A stretch of 64,000 bases of DNA, taken from an uncultured Acidimicrobiia bacterium (lineage in GTDB: Bacteria > Actinomycetota > Acidimicrobiia > Spongiisociales > UBA5794). Under the pieces are notes generated by a model, which searched no databases, was not told the origin of the DNA, and saw only the letters and a program-made list of their open reading frames with translations. The stretch lies in assembly GCA_963812375.1 (NCBI GenBank), contig CAWEUW010000009.1, positions 386,240 through 450,239 on the forward strand, written 5' to 3'. A program made the position numbers and the translations under genes. Shown piece by piece: positions 60,402 through 64,000 of the stretch (position 1 is the first letter of the stretch; each line of letters begins with the position of its first letter).

Positions 60402-60809
60402 GTGCGCCTCACCACCGCCATGCTCGCCGATTCGGCCCAGGTCCAGGGGGGCAAGCTCAACATCCTGGGTGGGGGCTTCGAGACGATCCGGGCCCGGTCG
60501 GTGCCGGTGGTGCACCGCAACCTCAACGTCGCCCTGATCCTCGAGGTCGGTCCCGACGAGCGGAACGAGGACCTCGACATCCTCATCGACATCGTCGACG
60601 AGGACGGCCAGGAGCTCGGGGTCCAGGCGCGGGGCCGGCTTCGGGTGCCCGACCAACCGCAGCTTCCCCCCGGCGCCACCAGCCAGGTGGCGGTGGTGAG
60701 CCCGTTCTACAACGTGCGCTTCACGGAGGCCAAGGGATACAGCTTCATCATCCGCCAGGGTGACGACGAGCTGGGCCGGCTGCGGCTGCGGGTGGTGGTG
60801 GTCGAGTGA
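60402..60809 (+). CDS. hypothetical protein
   Basis: About 135-aa ORF (GTG 60402 or ATG 60420) that appears beta-rich (...NLNVALILEVGPDERNEDLDILIDIVDEDGQELG...). No domain recognised. GTGA-coupled to pgsA. Confidence 0.4.
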   Translation: MRLTTAMLADSAQVQGGKLNILGGGFETIRARSVPVVHRNLNVALILEVGPDERNEDLDILIDIVDEDGQELGVQARGRLRVPDQPQLPPGATSQVAVVSPFYNVRFTEAKGYSFIIRQGDDELGRLRLRVVVVE

Positions 60810-61427
60810 CCGACGGGGAAGGGGATCGGGGCCAGGCGTCGTCGGCGATCGTGACCATCCCGAACCTGGTGTCGCTGGCGCGCCTGCTGCTTGGTGCCGT
60901 TGTTCCTGTGGCTGCTGCTGGGCGTCGACGAGGTGGCCGCCGCCGGGTGGCTGCTGGCGGTCATCGGCAGCACCGACTGGGTCGACGGCTACCTCGCCCG
61001 CCGGCTCGGCCAGGTGAGCGAGATGGGCAAGATGCTCGACCCGGTTGCCGACCGCCTCGCCGTGGTGGCCGCGGTGATCGGGGGTCTGATCGCCGGCGTG
61101 CTTCCCGGCTGGTTCGTCTGGGGGCTGATCGCCCGGGAGGTGGTGGTCGGCGGGCTGGCGCTGTACCTGGGGTTGAGGGTGGGCCGCCGGCTCGAGGTTC
61201 GTTGGCTGGGCAAGACGGCAACGCTGGTCCTGTACGCGGCCATCGCCTGCTGGTTCATCGGGGAAGGCACCCCGATGGCGTGGCTGGAACGGCTGGCCCA
61301 GATCGGCGCTCTCGTCGGTCTGGTCCTGTACTACGCCGTGATGGTGTCCTACGTCGGCGACGCCCGGGCCCTCGTCGTCGAGGCCCGCCGCTCCCAGGGC
61401 ACGCTCGGTACACTCCCCGACCGCTGA
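60806..61427 (+). pseudogene. pgsA: CDP-alcohol phosphatidyltransferase (PgsA-like), 1 frame break
   Basis: IPNLVSLARLLL is followed by a break near 60895. Then VPLFLWLLL...DWVDGYLARRLGQVSEMGKMLDPVADR (D-x2-DG-x2-AR-x8-G-x3-D-x3-D motif). Confidence 0.8.
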
Positions 61428-61441
61428 GCTGAGGAGACCAC

Positions 61442-61822
61442 GTGCAGGTTCCCGACGACCTCCGCTACACCGCCAACCACGAGTGGATCCGGGACGAGGG
61501 CGAGAGCCGGTTCCGGGTGGGGATCACCGACTTCGCCCAGGACGCCCTCGGTGATGTCGTCTACGTCGCCCTCCCCGACGTCGGCCGCGCCCTTTCGGCC
61601 GGGGAGGCCTTCGGCGAGGTCGAGTCGACCAAGTCGGTCTCCGACGTGTACGCCCCCGTCACCGGCGAGGTCGAAGCGGTCAACGAGGCGCTGCTCGACG
61701 CCCCCGAAGCCGTCAACACCGACCCATACGGCGACGGGTGGTTGATCGTGATCCGGTCGGCGGCAGGTGTCCCCGACGGGCTGCTCGACGCCGGAGCCTA
61801 CGAAGCCCACACCTCGAGCTGA
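61442..61822 (+). CDS. gcvH: glycine cleavage system protein H
   Basis: 126 aa with GTG start. YTANHEWI and the lipoyl-lysine motif EVESTKSVSDVYAP. Confidence 0.9.
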   Translation: MQVPDDLRYTANHEWIRDEGESRFRVGITDFAQDALGDVVYVALPDVGRALSAGEAFGEVESTKSVSDVYAPVTGEVEAVNEALLDAPEAVNTDPYGDGWLIVIRSAAGVPDGLLDAGAYEAHTSS

Positions 61823-61918
61823 CGTTGAGGCAGATGAATACCCGACACTCCGTGACAGCGCGGCCTCGGTCGGCGCTGAAGCCTCAAGCTGGTATCGAGG
61901 TTCGGGTACGATGGTGGC

Positions 61919-62365
61919 GTGGCCGAGCCAGCATCACCCGACGACCAGCTACCCGATGACCGCCGACCCGAGGACCACGGGCCGCTGATCGAGCACGACC
62001 CCACCCTCGTCTACCAGCCCGTGGGCGAGGCGGCGGCGGAGGAGTCGGGCTCGAGGCTGGAGGGGAAGTTCCACTACGGGCTGGTGGTCGAGCGCGGTCC
62101 CAGCGCCGGCCTGGCCTACGTGCTCGGCGAGGGGGAGACGACCGCCGGCCGGAGTGGCGAAGTCGACATCTTCCTGGGCGACATCACCGTGTCGCGGGAC
62201 CACGTCCGGTTCCTCGTCGACGAGGACGGGCTGGCCATGGAGGACCTCGGGTCGACCAACGGCACCTACGTCAACGGGGAGCGACGTGACCGGGCCCGAC
62301 TCGAGGCGGGCGACGAGGTGATCATCGGGAAGTTCCACCTGGTCGTCATCGTCGGTGACGCATGA
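61919..62365 (+). CDS. garA: FHA-domain protein (GarA/OdhI-like)
   Basis: 148 aa. FHA core TTAGRSGEVDIFLGDITVSRDHVRF...EDLGSTNGTYVNGER. Located between gcvH and a MerR gene, as in mycobacteria (Rv1826-Rv1828 arrangement). Confidence 0.8.
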   Translation: MAEPASPDDQLPDDRRPEDHGPLIEHDPTLVYQPVGEAAAEESGSRLEGKFHYGLVVERGPSAGLAYVLGEGETTAGRSGEVDIFLGDITVSRDHVRFLVDEDGLAMEDLGSTNGTYVNGERRDRARLEAGDEVIIGKFHLVVIVGDA

Positions 62366-63078
62366 CCACCACTCGATTCGAAGGCATGAACGGCGGGCCG
62401 TACAGCATCGGCGAGTTGATCAACCTGGTGCAGGACGAGTTCCCGGAGCTGACGGTCTCCAAGGTCCGGTTCCTCGAGGGCCAGGGGCTCATCAGCCCCC
62501 GCCGGAGCCCCGCCGGGTACCGGATGTTCAGCGACGACGACGTAGCCCGGGTGCAGTATGTGCTGCGGGAGCAACGCGACCACTTCCTGCCCCTCAAGGT
62601 GATCAAGTCCAAGCTCAACGCGTGGGAGCGGGGCGACGACGCCCCCGACCAGCCGGACACCGGTCTGCCTCCGGAGGCGTATTTCCGCTCCACCGGAGAA
62701 GTTTTGACCGACGACGAGCTGATGCGTGCCAGCGGGCTCACCCTGCGCCAGGTACACGACCTCGTCGCCGAGGGAGTGTTCGAGCCGCGCCAGCTCGCCG
62801 ACCGTACCGTCGTCTTCGAGGAGGAGGACGTGGCGACGGCCCGAGCCGCCTACCGCCTGCTCGTCCAGGGGCTGGAGACCCGCCACCTCCGCACCCTTCG
62901 TCTCAGCGCCGAACGGGAGATCGACCTGATGCGCCAGCTGGTGGCCCCGCTGCTCCGTCACGGGAACCCGGACAACCGGCGCAAGGCCGCCGAGATCCTG
63001 GCTGACACGGCCCAGGCCGGCGCCACCCTGCAGGAGGCCATGGTCAAGGGCAGGCTGCGGAAGCTGCTCGACGGATGA
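62362..63078 (+). CDS. MerR-family transcriptional regulator
   Basis: ATGA overlap with the FHA gene. HTH YSIGELINLVQDEFPELTVSKVRFLEGQGLISPRRSPAGYRMFSDDDV, with a second MerR-like half in the C-terminus. Confidence 0.8.
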   Translation: MTTTRFEGMNGGPYSIGELINLVQDEFPELTVSKVRFLEGQGLISPRRSPAGYRMFSDDDVARVQYVLREQRDHFLPLKVIKSKLNAWERGDDAPDQPDTGLPPEAYFRSTGEVLTDDELMRASGLTLRQVHDLVAEGVFEPRQLADRTVVFEEEDVATARAAYRLLVQGLETRHLRTLRLSAEREIDLMRQLVAPLLRHGNPDNRRKAAEILADTAQAGATLQEAMVKGRLRKLLDG

Positions 63079-64000
63079 ACTTGCGCTCGTCGGCGGCGGT
63101 CGCCGCCCTCTCCCTGTCCTTCGGGCTGATCGTGCCCCCTCCGCCGTCGCCGGTGTCCGCCGCCCACCCCGGGGAGCCGCCCACGGTCACCGCCGATGCC
63201 TGGATCCTCTACGACGCCACCAGCGACGTGGTGCTGGCCGGTACCGGCATCGACGAGGAGCGGGCGATGGCGTCCGTGACCAAGATCATGACGGCGCTGG
63301 TGGCCCGCCAGCAGCTCGACATGGACGCCGAGGTCCGCATCTCCGACACCGCCGCCGCTGCCGGTGAGTCCGAGGTGGGACTGGTGGCGGGGGAGCGGTG
63401 GGCGGTACGCGACCTCTTCTACGCCCTGCTCGTCCGATCGGGGAACGATGCCGCCATCGCCCTTGCCGAGGCCACCGCCGGGTCGGTGAGCGACTTCGCC
63501 GAGTTGATGAACCGGAAGGCGGCCGAGCTCGGCCTGGTCCACTCGAACTTCGTCAACGCCCACGGGCTCGACGACCCCGACCACTACACGTCGGCATACG
63601 ACCTGGCGATCATGGCCCGGGAGTTGCTCGATGACCCGGTACTCGCCCAGATGGTGCGAACCCGGCTGGTGGTGTTCAAGCCCAGCCCCAACGGTGCCAA
63701 CCGCAACATGCAGCAACACCAACCACCTGCTCGGCGTGTTCCCCGGGGTCATCGGAGTGAAGACCGGGTACACCGGGAACGCCGGGTTGGTGCTGGTCTC
63801 GGCGCTGGAGACGCCTTCACGCACGCTCGTCGGCGTCGTGCTCGGCAGCGAGGCCCACTTCGAGGACAGCCGGGCGTTGCTCGACTACGGGTCGCGGCTG
63901 ATCACCCTCGAAGATCGCTGGCTGCGTCCGCTGCTGGTGGAGGCGGGAGGGGGCGCCGCCGGTGTCACCGCGTTCGACGACGCCACCCGGTCCCGCCTAC
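63075..64000 (+). pseudogene. D-alanyl-D-alanine carboxypeptidase (S11 penicillin-binding protein), 1 frame break, 3' end beyond window
   Basis: Own translation from ATG 63075: signal peptide, then SVTK (SxxK) and SGND (SxN). A break near 63710 precedes KTGYT (KTG) in another frame. No stop before base 64000. Confidence 0.8.

Overview
Very GC-rich (about 70% by eye, not computed) chromosomal segment of an Actinomycetota genome; I cannot assign a genus. It is mostly core and housekeeping genes, many translationally coupled through ATGA/GTGA overlaps.

Gene order, left to right:
- secG, then a 5-gene Opp/Dpp-type peptide ABC importer, a PH-like membrane protein and a MaoC dehydratase.
- tRNA-Leu(GAG), followed by a 2.3-kb insert bracketed by a 61-bp duplicate of the tRNA 3' part. 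This is an integrase-less island remnant. Next to it lie a VOC protein, a decayed DUF222/HNH gene and a NUDIX hydrolase.
- An OmpA/BON protein plus small membrane proteins, then trmI, a DinB protein and a ferredoxin.
- The complete Pup-proteasome locus arc-dop-pup-prcB-prcA-pafA-pafB-pafC, followed by tatA-tatC-helY. This matches mycobacterial synteny.
- DUF4331, a DAG-kinase-like lipid kinase, DUF4193, and a coupled GNAT-M20-EpsN-like aminotransferase cassette.
- serB, a HAD-IIA hydrolase, a rhomboid protease, nadK-recN, pyrG-NUDIX-xerD, a DksA/TraR zinc-finger protein and an HD protein.
- scpA-scpB-rluB-aroA-cmk, ispH, a DUF512 radical-SAM protein, der and an acyl-CoA carboxyltransferase.
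- tRNA-Pro(GGG), a DinB/DUF664 protein, a quinone oxidoreductase, and an RDD protein coupled to a nonapeptide-repeat protein.
- An amidohydrolase, an EVE-domain protein, an EEP nuclease/phosphatase, pgsA, gcvH-garA-merR, and the start of a D,D-carboxypeptidase.

Main caveat: about 30 otherwise well-conserved genes can only be read by switching reading frame one or more times. The breaks are extremely dense across arc-dop-pup-prcB-prcA. Other blocks show none (the opp operon, scpA-rluB, der-carboxyltransferase). The flanking protein sequence stays conserved, so indel sequencing or assembly errors are the most likely cause. Real pseudogenisation cannot be excluded from sequence alone. I label these genes 'pseudogene' in the sense of 'frame disrupted as given'.

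Other non-standard signals:
- Two short structured repeat families in intergenic regions: a 92-bp unit (tandem pair plus 2 dispersed partial copies) and a 47-nt hairpin (3 copies).
- A 45-bp perfect palindrome.
- A 27-bp-period coding repeat.

I found no CRISPR array, rRNA, transposase or recognisable defence system, and I cannot point to a clearly novel multi-gene system.
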